Assembly: GCA_964304625.1 (NCBI GenBank)
Contig: OZ199840.1
Span: forward strand, 9,160,882 to 9,224,881
Source: Kudoa neothunni
Taxonomy: Eukaryota > Animalia > Cnidaria
Reading direction: 5' to 3'
Length of the DNA: 64,000 bases
Shown: positions 1 to 12,850 of the stretch, one piece after another
Layout: every line of letters starts with the position of its first letter
Position numbering within the stretch: the first letter of the stretch is position 1
The notes under the pieces: generated by a model
What the model was told of the DNA's origin: nothing
Seen by the model: the letters and a program-made list of their open reading frames with translations, nothing else
Databases searched by the model: none
Position numbers and translations under genes: made by a program

Positions 1-164
1 AAAATCTCAAATAATAGTGTCAATATAATTTTTTTAAATTCAAATATCCTTTTTAGGCATCAAAAATTGATTTCCTACTTAAACTCAATTTTTATTCAAA
101 AATTTGTATTTTCTTCGGTATAACCCTGGACTGAGTTAAGTTTAACGTGTACCCAACATAAAAA

Positions 165-1500
165 TTAGAATATGTTCATTGTAGCAATTAGTTTGTCTAT
201 TCTCGGTCTTGTTGATGACAATGCTACTCTCATATCAACACTGGAGCTGATGCAATTCCTGAGCTTTGTTTCCACTGTTACCAATGTCGAAAACCCTGAT
301 TCACAAAGGTAAGAAGGCATGGTGGGTGAGAAGAGGAAATGAATCTGAAAGGTTCAGCCAAAAATTTACACCGACCTTCTCAAGTTCATTTTTGAGGATA
401 GAAGAATCTCAAAATCCATTTATCGGTCGGAACCATAACTTTAGAAAGTAGTCATTAACTTGGTTCCTCAAAATTTCCAAATGATCGGCTATTTCGTCAT
501 TAATTAAAGTGATTGAAACAGATCTGTTATTTTTGAATTCATCTAAATTTAGAAAATTTGCCAAATTATTCGGTAGAACCCTACTTGCCCATAAATCAAG
601 TTTTGTATGTATAGCTGTCATAATCTTGCATGCTTTCACAATAGTTACTGCTTTTCCTTTAAGTTGCTTATTAATTTGATTGAGATGATTAAATATATCT
701 AAAAGGTAAGCTAAGCGGGCGATAAACTCAGGATCGGCGAAGCCCTCACAAATGTTTGAATCGCACTCGCGAAGAAAAGTTTCTAATTCAGTATGGAGTG
801 AAAGGACGGTTGGTTCGGAGCCCATCTTCTCACAAAAAGTTTAAACAAGGGGTGATTCAATGCTCTGGTACAAACGAAATTCATACTCTCTTCAACTTTG
901 TCCATAACAATTTTTAGATTTTTAGGGAGTCCTTGAAGCCCAAACATATTTGTGAAAAATACAACGTGTTATCATCACATTTGGTGCTTGTTATTTAACA
1001 AGCGAGGTGAAACCTGATCTGATTCCCATCATAGCTGGAGCTCGGTCAGTACAGATTGACCCAACTAACCATTTCCCAAGTAAGACCGTGGCTTCCAAAA
1101 AAGCCTTGTATTTTTTTCATTATGTCAGCAGCTTTAGTGGTCTTTCCCAAGTTACCGCAGTAACTTAAAAATTCATTTTTTAAAATATTTCCACGTATGT
1201 ATCTGATAAAAACAATAAGTTATGGAAAATTGGATACATCACAGAATTCATCCAGTTACAATCAAATTTTCGCCGCGCAAGATTTGAAAAAAAAAATTTG
1301 GTCACAAATATCTTGGGAAATTTAATAAATTCGTCGTTGAATTGTATTATTAGAGATCGGAGGAGTGTCTTGTATTTTCATCCGTGCTTCTTCACCATAT
1401 TTAGGGCACAAGGTTTAATAAGATTCTCACCAATGTCGTGAGGTTTCTTTACTTTCGCTATAAGTTGTGTTACGTAATAGGACGCTGCAAGCATTGGTTT
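165..1500 (-). pseudogene. Degenerate hAT (Buster/ZBED5-ZBED8-like) transposase
   Basis: Minus-strand fragments LDEFCDVSN..LIVFIRYI, SICTDRAPAMMG, LAYLLDIFNHLNQINKQLKG and YLCESGFSTLV..DMRVALS match Buster-type motifs; stops and frameshifts present. Confidence 0.9.
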
Positions 1501-2028
1501 TTTCTCTGGAATGAAACAGAATTTTGGAAATGTCTCACTGTTCTAAATCTATTCCTCCTTACGTTTAATTTAACTCGATCATCAATATATATCATGACAT
1601 CCTTCCTGATTGCAACGTTAGTTCCTAAGAATCTAGTGACTCATACTAATTACTTCAAATATGATGATTATTCATTATTTAGCTCAGTTTTGCGGTATGA
1701 AAACATAAAAAACACGCGATAACCGTTTTACGAAATAATAGTTTGCTATCATTTTGTTTTTCCTGTGTAATATTACATCGTGATTTTTTAAATAAGATAA
1801 ATTAATTTAAAACTAAAACTAAAAAAACAAATCAGCATAACCGTGCGTGCATATGTATGTAGAATATAACTTTAATAATAGGCCGTTTACTCAAAATTTG
1901 CTGAATAAATTTTTTCATACATTTTCTTCCAATACCAACTCATATTTGAAAAAATTTTATGAAATAAAAACTTTGGATAAATTTTTACTCCATTATTTAG
2001 GGAGGTGTAAATGTTTCAGCTACTTTAA

Positions 2029-3160
2029 TTCTCTAAAGTCAGCAAGAACGACCACACTCCAAGGACTTTTGGGGTCCAAAAGACCCCAGTTTTTTATTCG
2101 ATGAATTAACTCAATAAATATAGTTATATTTATTTTATTTAGTTTAAAAAATTTCTGTCGACTAAACTTGAAGAAAAAATCCAAACATTTATGTAAATAA
2201 TCCGTTATATAAAACCATTGCTAAATAATCTTAAATTTTTGAGAAATAAAGAATTCAAGTGAATTTACTTAATGATTAATATTTGTTGGCGAAAATGTTC
2301 AATTTATTATTCAAAATTATTGTTCATGAGTATATTGTTACTCTGCTCAAATAATGCAACGCGACCCCGCTTTTCCTATACGAAATAAGAGTGAAACTGA
2401 TGAATTTTAAACTTTGGGAAGTGAATTTGAAGAAAACTATATGGAATCATCGGAAACGTCGATTGAATTGGTGGAATGTGATAATACTGAAGAGCCAATA
2501 ATCAGTTAATGTGGTATTATGTGGAGTTTTAGTAAACAGATAACAGCAGGAATTGATGCAGAAAAAATTCCTAAAAACCGTCTGGCCTTACTTTATAATG
2601 CACTCAGCATGTTAGATTACTTGTCATCTTTTTCACAAACATAATTTGTGAATAAATAATCAAATATATCAATTGTTTGGAAGATTTCATTTCAGAGGTC
2701 TAAATTTAATTATTAACTATATTCAAATAGATTATATTTACTTATATGATTCTATAAATTTATTTTTTGTAGCAAATGAAATTTTACCATATCCATTTTA
2801 ATTAACGGTCACATATGAATAATTAGATCCTCACGAAAAAGAAACATTAATTAATTATACTCATACCATATTTGTAAATTTTTATGTGACTAAAATGAAT
2901 AATACTTGTATAGATACATTTCTATTTGTTTTTAAAGCATATTGACTAAAAAACCCCTTAAGTCCTTATACTTAGAGGATAATTTTTTGTTCTACACCTA
3001 ATTTTTATTCCTCCGGCTTAAGATTATCAAAGAATGATCATCATTGAATATTAGGTTAGGAGATTAGATAGAATTTTACGAATTTCTGATTATTACGCAC
3101 ATAATACTGGATGAATTAATTATGATTTTGGATCCAAACGACTCCAAAGTTCTTAGAGGG
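2029..3160 (+). mobile_element. Internally deleted piggyBac element
   Basis: TTAA at 2025-2028 and 3161-3164. Long-spacer end with TGGGGTCCAAAAGACCCCA is homologous to the end at 20251-20309; short end ...CTTAGAGGG; decayed acidic transposase N-terminus at ~2400-2600. Confidence 0.75.
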
Positions 3161-3342
3161 TTAAATATTAATCGTAACGTAAATTGGAAAGGAATTGTCT
3201 TTATTAAATATAATTTCTTATTGAAAAAAATTGTAATATGTTTATTTATTATATTGTGTTCCGATGTAATAATCAATTATTATCACAACTGAAGTTTTTT
3301 CATCTAATAAACACTAACAACCATAACCACAATTCATTAGAG

Positions 3343-5152
3343 CAGGGGTTCTCCACCGTTTTTCCAGTTATCCTCTTAGCCCTTAGCCAGGTGAAAAATC
3401 AACATTAATCCCCCTCCCCTCCCCTCCCCCTCCTTCTCCCATCAGGAAATGAACTCTATATTGACTTTAAGGTTTTATAATGGCCTAGCTATAGCAGAGG
3501 CTATTTGAGGGGTAAATTCTTGTCTTAAAGGGACATGTACACTTGCGTAATGACCATTTTTAATCCCATCAACTCTTTCTCACAAGTTGTACACAGATTT
3601 GATTTTTAAAATTTTACCACATTAGATTATTTCTTGCTCATTACTTCGCTCTTAGAAGTTCGAAATAATTAAAAATAGTCAAAACTAATGACACTTGAAT
3701 ATTATTTACAATGAAAATAGTCACTTTAAGTATTATTATTATTAATATAAGTATTATTTGACTAAATCATTAAAAATAAATGAACCATAAAAGGAAGAGA
3801 CCAACTACAGTTGTATAAATAATTGTTGAATACCTATTTCATAAAACATTTTAAGAATTTCCGCCTAATTCATATTGGGTATAATAACCCTGAATATTAT
3901 ACAGTAAGGTCTCGATATTACGAGGTTCAAAATAGGGTAGTCGGTCGACATTTTTTCAAATTTCTATAACTAACATTGTAAACTTTTCGATGTACACACT
4001 CGTTTAGTTAATTGTTTTACCAAGAAATACTAAATAACATTTAAAACCCCTATTTTTTGTATAATTCAGGATCTTGGTATTGGGCGTGTAATTATTTCAA
4101 TTGTAATCCGATTAAAGCCACTAAATTACACATTCGAGCGTTTGATATTGTGAAAGAAAAAAAAATTGAAACTATAAAATATTATGATTCAATTACATCA
4201 ATCTGAAACGCCAAAAAATAACTTTATAACGCCATAGAAAATCATGAATTCTGATATTGTGAGTTTTATTCGAAGTTAGTTATTCTTCTCTGAATAGAAT
4301 TTTATTTAATAAATATAATATAAAGAACTTCAATGTTGTTAATTTCAATAAAGGAATTACAAATAAAAATTCCATCCAGCTTCAAATTGCGTTATATGGC
4401 CGGATTGTGTTGGAACATTATAAAAGACAAATACTCTAGAATTTTTTTCACTGAGAAGGCAAAAATTTTAAGATTCGCCGTTGTTTAAAACTTCACTCTT
4501 CGTGGAGAAGGGGGTAAGTTGACGATAATATTGTTAATGATTAGTTAATCAAATTTTGTTAGGTAAAACGTAGATATAAAAAAGAAAACATATTAAATAT
4601 CGATGAGACTGCTCTTTCTGAAGAACAATGCACTCAACGAACATACGATATAAAGGAGTTGAATTAAAGAAAATGAAACGATCAGAAAACCTGCAATAGA
4701 ATTATAGAGTGCGTAATTTAAAGAGATAAAATTTTCACACAGTGCCATTGGTAAATTTAAAGAGGCCCCTGTTTTAAATAATTAGATATCTTCAATTATC
4801 TTCTTGAAATTTTAAAAACTCTTGATCAAAAGTTCGCGAAAGTTGAAGCAAAGTTCGTATATTATTAGATCGATGCGTTTCGTATCTTTAATATAACAAT
4901 ACAAAAAAGATGGATTATTATTTGGTTAAAAAATAAAAATTTTATTCTAATGACGCAAGCACGAACCATTTATATTTGACAGTAAAAGTTCAAGTCCCCA
5001 TTTTGTGCGCAACATCCGACACCTTACTGTAATTCCTTAGAAATCCTAAAGAACCTCACAAACCTATAATGCAAAAATTTCCCTTATCAAATTTTGATGG
5101 TAATTAATTTACCCTCTGTCATTTAGATTTTACCTCCGCTTGAGAATCTCTG
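3343..5152. mobile_element. Non-autonomous hAT (Buster-type) element
   Basis: Termini CAGGGGTTCTCC / TTGAGAATCTCTG; 8-bp TSD CATTAGAG / CATTGGAG, the left copy with the Buster-type central TA. Confidence 0.75.
3902..5029 (+). mobile_element. Tc1/mariner-superfamily remnant nested in the hAT element
   Basis: TA-flanked TIRs CAGTAAGGT.TCG / CGACACCTTACTG; decayed DDE motifs (LNIDET at ~4595, ILLD at ~4860). Confidence 0.7.
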
Positions 5153-5379
5153 CATTGGAGGGTTAAATCAATTTTTTTTAAAATAAGAATAAATGATATT
5201 GATTAATTTATGAACTTTATTAAAAATCAATTATAATTATTATTAAATAAACGATTAAGCAAGAAAAAACTATTTCATTCAAGTAAACTATAAAAAATTA
5301 TATATTTAGCGATGCAGGGTGGTGTGTAATAAACAAAGTAACAATTACAGCAGTCATACAAGTAGGAGACATCGTGGAA

Positions 5380-7142
5380 TCACAGTTTTTTCTCATCAAT
5401 GATACCTTAATAAAAATTAATTAATTAATTAATCAATCAATTAATTAATTAAATTTCAAGTCAAAGAAACTACTACTATCATCAGGCTCATCCAATAATG
5501 GGTTTGGATCACCTGGGTTGACCTCTGATGGTTTGGTAGTCTCCGAAGAAAGTGACCCTGGTACACTGTCGTCGCTTAAATCGCTATCGGGCTCCATTAG
5601 CTGTGAGATTTTGTTAGTTTTAATCGAACTAAAATTGCCGGCTGAACCTGACCCACTTGCACCTCTATCTACTATTTGTTTTTCATTTATTTTTTTCAGA
5701 ACATTTTCTCTCGTTCGAATCGACGACGTATTTGATTGGTAAAAGCTTACATTCCTTCGAGGATGATGCAACAATTTGCAGTTGTAGCAACGATATGCTA
5801 CGGTAGGAATTACATTAAAACTACATACCCAGTCCACAAGTGTATACTTATGTTGAGGAAATCTTCAGGCGGAACAAGACCATTATGAGCGTAACAATGG
5901 TTGCATATTAAGGCATTACGATTTTCAGGGCCGTCACCAAGCAATTTATCGATTATCTAAAAAATAATTTATGTGGATGGATAACTTAAAAAATTGGTGG
6001 TACTTTGTCAATCCATGAACGATTTCTGTAAACCTGAAATGGAGGTTCATTATCAGCAGACTCTTCGTTCAATTTATCTACAGTTGATTAATAACAATGT
6101 AACAGCCCAATTAAAAAATTACCATCATCAATGTTAAAAGAAACTGTACCTAATGAATATAATAATAAAATAAATTAATTATAAATAGAAAAATAATCCT
6201 CCAAAAGAATACCTTTTTTGGAGGAGTTATTAGTTGGTTTTAACAAAGCATTGGAGGGGTTGACAGTTTGGTCTTGAGTTGGAGCCCGTTTTGGTTGAGA
6301 TGAATGGGGTGCTTTACATGATGTCGTATTTTTGGTTGGATCGGCCAACATTGTTTTGATAATATTTTTCGGTTTCACACCAGATATATCAAAATCTAGA
6401 TCCTACACAATTGTGATAAAATTGATGATGATAATTTGACCAATAAATTATTCACATAGAACAATTTATTCTCGGGGTCGTATTTGGTTCTGAGTTGAAG
6501 GACTTTCTTGTAGGAGCCTTCTTCCATAAATTTTGAAAACTATGTATTTGAATATTAAGAGATATAATGTGTGAGACTGGTTAATTTTACCATTTGTCGT
6601 AGATGGTCATTTTGTTTGTTGATATGAATTTCTAAAGATGATATTCACAATTAGTCCAACCAACCAACTAGTAAAGGTTACCAAGAGAATTTATTTTGTA
6701 ATTGCATATACGTGAAAGTAGATACAATAGAAAATATAGTCTAAAATGTTGAATCGATACAATCAATTATAATTAAACAACTAATAAATATACATAAATG
6801 TAAAAATTGTAGATGACACCGCAGTATTCATCCAAGCTTTGCTTCTCCCAGCTTGATACATATACAACGAGAACGATAATGTGATCCCACCAAATAGCGT
6901 GACTATAAAATAGGAAATGGTGGAAAATCGTCTAATTTTGGTGTATATTTTTTTGGACGATTCCGAGCGTAAAATATTCTAACACATTACGATTGATCGA
7001 AATATACCACACAAATGTGAATACATAATGAACATGGTCCATTTGGGAGTCAAGAGGTTTTTTTCTCTATGTACAATAGTTTATATTGTTTGTTGGGCAA
7101 AAGTTGAAAAATAATTACAAAAAAAGACAGCACTAGTCCCAT
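5380..7142 (-). CDS. LNPK: Lunapark ER junction protein (multi-exon)
   Basis: N-terminal MGLVLSFF, two hydrophobic segments, and diagnostic GDGPENRNALICNHCYAHNG...YRCYNC zinc finger across short introns. Last exon uncertain (alternative stop at 5445). Confidence 0.9.
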
Positions 7143-7946
7143 CATATAACGATTAGCCGAATTCGTACGAATAAATATCCACTCGAATTGAGGTGATAAT
7201 ATAATTTTATTAGTGATTTAAATTCAACAGAAATTATGAGTATATTAAAGTTGGTTGATTTATTGTGATAGATTTGAGGTTTGGACATTTTTTGTTTGAT
7301 AATTAAAATTGTCGTCCCAACTCGTCAACTTTGAGAATATAAATCTAAGTAGCTGAAAGTCTTTTCAAAATAATCCTATAAATTTCTTTAGTATAAATAT
7401 TTAGCAATATATTTGTGTGGAATATTTTCTCAATAATCAATACACAAAATAATAATGTGCTTTCAATTTTCTAGTATATATTGTTTATAAAAATGTGTTG
7501 AATTGATTTTCATTGGTAAAAAGTTGATAAATCAGTTCCATACAAATCATTTATTTAAATAACTAATCATAAATTATTTTTACGATTATTGACGAAGGTG
7601 TGTAAACGAAATTTTTTCGATTAATCTAGCACTTCCTAAATATAATTTTAGATTCCCCACTAAATATAAATATTGAAAATTAATTAATTTTTGGCGCGAA
7701 AATTTTGTATATTAAATTACATGAAAATTAAAAAGAAACCTAATTGAATCTTCTAGATCACTCGAAAATTTACACCCTCCAAGTATAATTGAGGTAAAAA
7801 AACCACACGTTTTTATTTGATAAAATATTGGAAAAATGATAATATGTATTTTTAGAAGTTTTTATAATATTTGATCGATTTAATTATATTCAGTAATTTC
7901 ATAAATGTCATCATGTAATATTGTGTGTGAGCGATAAAGAAATATT

Positions 7947-8711
7947 TTAACCACGGTGTATGTGTGTATATGTATTACTTTTGAGATCACATATTTTCAA
8001 TAAACATAACTCAAAATTCAGCTTATTTAGTAAAATTAATTCTTTATTTAATTTACATGTAAAGCGATCAAAAGTATCATAATCCTGACATAGATTATTG
8101 CATAAAACAGGTAACTTAGATAGGCTTGAAATGTTCATTATGGCGGAAACGACACTTAAAAAATTCATCTAAATATGCCGTAGTTCATTAATATGACAAA
8201 AAAATTATGGATTATTTTGTTACCTCAATATTTTCCATACCATCAAAAGGTGAAACTCACATTATTTGGAGAAATTTATGTAATGAAAATAGATCAAGAT
8301 AGATCTTTCCTTCTTCTAGCCCAAATATCTCTTTAACTTTAACCGATTCTTGATTATCACTGTGATATCCCTTCAGAAATAAACTGCTAACGAACCCATC
8401 CAATTCTCTCTATTTATCAACAAAAATGTTTCCACCCATGTACTGGTATATTCTAAAATAATGATGTACATAACAGAACTAAATATTATTCTGAAAATAT
8501 CAATTTTATTTTGTAACAAAAATGGAGAGACATCAGGACAACTATTCGTAATATTTGCAACACATTTTCTAAATGCCAACCGGGATGGATTCATTAATGA
8601 GTTAATTTGTGTATCTGTATCAATATTAAATTTTTCTAACGATAAATAATCATGAAACTTAGAAAATAAATAAAAGAGGCTTGGTATTAGAGTAATTATT
8701 ATCAAGATCAT
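7947..8711 (-). CDS. Unknown protein (probably spliced or decayed) inside the piggyBac-ended element
   Basis: ORF segments 8373-8711 (hydrophobic N-terminus), ~8260-8380 and 7947-8168 (Cys-containing) on the same strand with GT/AG signals; no transposase motifs. Confidence 0.4.
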
Positions 8712-9066
8712 TTGAAGATTTCAATGAAATTTATTATGGCGCGTGCGCACGGCAGATTAAGATATGATATTCATGCAATAAGTATATATTTACTCGATAA
8801 AATTTTTTCAAAATTTCCGCAAACATTTACTTCAATATTTTGGATAATTAGATGAAAAAAAATCCTGGGGTCCAAAATACTTCAATTATACTCCGAAGAT
8901 GTTTTTGTAATAAAAATTGATAGAACACATAAAAAATTCCAATAAGTCTATTCCTCAAAAGATAAACGTGTTGTACGAGAATAGAAGAAATGTGAATTAT
9001 AATTATTACATAATGGCTGAGAGAACAGGATGACAATCTCGTTTTTGATCAAAACGGACCCCAGTA

Positions 9067-10148
9067 TACTTGCTTACTTGCTTACTTATTTATTTGCTTA
9101 CTTTCTTACTTACTTGCTTACTTACTTACTTACTTGCTTACTTATTTATTTGCTTACTTGCTTACTTACTTACTTGCTTACTTACTTACTTGCTTACTTA
9201 TTTATTTGCTTACTTTCTTACTTACTTGCTTACTTATTTATTTGCTTACTTACTTGCTTACTTACTTACTTTCTTACTTACTTGCTTGCTTACTTACTTA
9301 CTTGCTTACTTACTTACTTTCTTACTTATTTATTTGCTTACTTACTTACTTTCTTACTTACTTACTTACTTACTTTCTTACTTACTTGCTTACTTACTTA
9401 CTTACTTTCTTACTTATTTATTTGCTTACTTACTTTCTTACTTATTTATTTGCTTACTTACTTTCTTACTTATTTATTTGCTTACTTACTTACTTTCTTA
9501 CTTACTTACTTTCTTACTTACTTACTTTCTTACTTACTTACTTACTTGCTTACTTACTTGCTTACTTATTTATTTGCTTACTTTCTTACTTACTTGCTTA
9601 CTTACTTGCTTACTTACTTATTTATTTGCTTACTTATTTATTTGCTTTCTTACTTATTTATTTGCTTACTTATTTATTTGCTTACTTATTTATTTGCTTA
9701 CTTATTTATTTGCTTACTTACTTACTTTCTTACTTATTTATTTGCTTACTTATTTACTTACTTACTTACTTACTTTCTTACTTACTTGCTTACTTACTTA
9801 CTTTCTTACTTATTTATTTGCTTACTTATTTATTTGCTTACTTATTTATTTGCTTACTTACTTACTTTCTTACTTATTTATTTGCTTACTTATTTACTTA
9901 CTTACTTACTTACTTTCTTACTTACTTGCTTACTTACTTACTTACTTTCTTACTTATTTATTTGCTTACTTATTTACTTACTTACTTACTTACTTTCTTA
10001 CTTACTTGCTTACTTACTTACTTACTTTCTTACTTATTTATTTGCTTACTTATTTATTTGCTTACTTACTTTCTTACTTATTTATTTGCTTACTTTCTTA
10101 CTTATTTATTTGCTTACTTACTTACTTTCTTACTTACTTACTTGCTTA
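9067..10148. repeat. Compound (TTAC/TTGC/TTAT/TTTC)n microsatellite, ~1.1 kb
   Basis: Continuous 4-bp periodicity. Confidence 0.97.
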
Positions 10149-10735
10149 GACGGTTAAATATTTCATGTGTATATAATGAGTAATATTAACTTTTCATAAC
10201 TTCAGTTGAAATTTAACTTTATCAAGTATAAAGTCTATTATTTCAATCGTAACAGACAATAAATACACCAATCACAAAATTTTTATATTAAAAAAATATC
10301 AATAATTCCTTATTAGGTTAATCTAATGTAACTTCTTAATTATTTTCGAAACTGTTAGAAAAGCCACCAAGTAATTATGTACTCAACAACGCCACCCTCC
10401 AAGCTAACTAAATTTTATGAGGCCTGCACCCTCCAAAAATTGTGCCCACCAAGGGGCTATTTTACCTTATAGGGCTGATATCTGATATCATGCCAATTGC
10501 TTTTAACTCAAAATCAGATTTATGTATCATTTTTAAAAGTCAAAATAAATATCGCTTAAATAGACAGCGCGTAAAAGACAGGCACACTACAAACGGAAGC
10601 GAAATAAATTCCAAGGTCGAACTAACCAACGGTTCTCCTTGAAATCGAACACAGAGATGAGGAGTTTGTAAAAAGTTGATGGTGTCAAAACAAAAACACA
10701 CCAACGACAGTGGTAAATTATCTACACTATGGTGT

Positions 10736-11610
10736 TTACATACAACAATCTGACCGACTTCCATTTCCAGGATCGTCGTTGTTGTACGATGTGTTAAGAG
10801 ACGCCAACACACTGTTGTTGTGAGAGGTTTGTCTTGTGTGTGGATGGAATGTGCTACTGGAGTTTCTGGAGAGGAGTTCTTTTTGTTGTTGTACTTTGTA
10901 GATTTTCTTTGTTATCTCATAAAAAACATTGGCAACATTGGTGTTGTTTTTGGCGGAAGTTTCGTAGAAAGGCATTTTGAACTTTTGGGCCATCTAAACA
11001 TGTGAAATAGTGAACCAATGCAAATTCGGTGACCAATCAAAAGCACACTTTCAAACCGGTTTCGTAAGGAATGGCCCTTTGATCTTCAAGATCAGCTTTG
11101 GCTCCAATTAGAAAAAGAATCACATCTCTATTCGAATGTTCGGCAATGTTACACATCCATTTTTCGATATTTTCAAGCGTTTTCGGTTTTGTTATATCGT
11201 ACACGAGAAGAATTCCCTAAATGGCAATATACATCTACACTTAAACCGCTACACCAATATACCATAGCTCCTCTGTAGTAGGAAGCGGTGAGTGTTTGAA
11301 ATCGTTCTTGTCCAGCTGTATCCCTACCATTCAAATAGCCAATTATTATTATTCTTCTACAACCAAATACCATATTTGGAGTTTGATTTTTTTCCCATCT
11401 ATTTTCAGTGTTTTAACCTTGAAATCAATACCTACAATTTTATCGGTATAAATATTGTTTGGAAAATCCTCCTCATATACCAATTGTGGCTATGAATGTT
11501 TCGCTGAAAGAATCATCAGCAAATCGAAGCAATAAACTCGTTTTACCAACAGCCGAATCACCAATTATCATCAATTTCAGTAGACAATCATAAGTAGACG
11601 CTCGATTCAT
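10736..11610 (-). CDS. Rab GTPase, Rab8/Rab10/Rab13-like (5 exons)
   Basis: [49 protein letters not shown]-terminal CCM prenylation motif. Confidence 0.92.
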
Positions 11611-12270
11611 GCTATTTAAGAGAGCGTCTGAAGCTATTTTTTAGATGACGTTAATGGCCGACAGATGTCGATGGTGTCTGTTGGCTCTGTGGATTGCAAT
11701 GTGTGTCATTGATTCCTAATCCATCACTCTCACCAAAGTGATAAAAGGTTAATTTTGTTGTTAGGCTAACCTCTAACACTCTACCTCACCTCCAAAGCTT
11801 ATTGTGAAGGGTGATCATTGATAGTTGATAGCTGATAGTTGATAAGTGTTTTGTGTTGAATTCACAACAATAAATAACTTTGTTGAATTAAAATTTTTAA
11901 TTTATGTGAGTAGAATATGGGATTTTTGTTGATCGACAAATATTTAAGCAATTGAACAATCCTATTCAACTCTACCATTCTCATGGGAGAAGTATCCAAC
12001 CAAATTGCGTAGAGATACCGATTGTGTGTAATTGGTTGTGTTATACATTTCATATTAAGTATTATCGACTCAATAGCAAACTCATCATGTCCTGATTAAT
12101 CGAGCTAATCCCACTTATGGATTGACTGTATATTTTTGATACAAATTTTGGTGGATAAATATTTTTAAAATTAATTATTACAATAACAATAGTAACTATT
12201 TTAATAATTAATAGTAATAATAGTTGTAATAATTGTAATAATTTTCTGAGGTTGTTCAGTTAAACGGGAA

Positions 12271-12850
12271 ATGAGTGATCTGTTTTTGTTTGGGTTAGTA
12301 TGGTTACTGTTGAGTTCAAGTAGGCGCCAACTTTTTTGAGTCATATACATGCGATCTGATTGACAAATGTGTGTATAGTGGGGCAGTGCACAATTGCGAG
12401 TAGGTCTCACCAACACAATTCGCCCACTAAGAGAAGTCATATTTCTTTTGTTAATTAAATAGGGTCCTTCTCATGACGCTATAACTCCAAATAGGCTATA
12501 CCATACCCAATTACCGCCCAAGTCATACAGGCGAAATGTCAATGAATAACCCGGAAAATACTGAGCGTAAACTATGTTATCTTTGTGATTAATCCTATTT
12601 TATCGTAGTTGTGGAAATCAATAGACAAAGAGCAGGATTGGAGCCGTATGAACTGAAAGAAAAATGCAAACAAAACCCTGATCCTGGTCCTTGCTCTAAG
12701 GGCCTCATTCGATGGTTTTTCAACTATCAAACCAGCATTTGCACAATGTTCATTTATGGAGGATGTGAGGGTAATAGTAACAAATTCGACACCTACAAGA
12801 AATGCATGGAAGACTGCTATCCTCTGAAAAAAATTGTTGATGGAAAATAA
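12271..12850 (+). CDS. Secreted single-domain Kunitz/BPTI protein
   Basis: Signal peptide MSDLFLFGLVWLLLSS in exon 1; last exon has the full 6-Cys Kunitz pattern (C..PDPGPC..RWFFN..C.MFIYGGCEGNSNKF...CMEDC). Internal exons approximate. Confidence 0.9.

Larger units (their letters stand above)
7749..10153. mobile_element. Non-autonomous piggyBac-ended element carrying a cargo ORF and a microsatellite
   Basis: Left end TCTTCTAGATCACTCGAAAATTTACACCCTCCAAG closely matches 49252. Internal palindrome copy at ~8866; GACCCCA at ~9057; terminus TTAGACGG followed by TTAA at 10154-10157. Confidence 0.7.

Noticed and set aside
7691-7702. E2F-like TTTGGCGCGAAA upstream of lunapark
   Set aside because: Single motif ~550 bp from the ATG beside a transposon end; similar strings occur inside transposons.
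9030-10183. Three 349-375 aa Leu/Tyr/Thr-rich ORFs
   Set aside because: Artefact of a stop-free tetranucleotide microsatellite open in all three frames.
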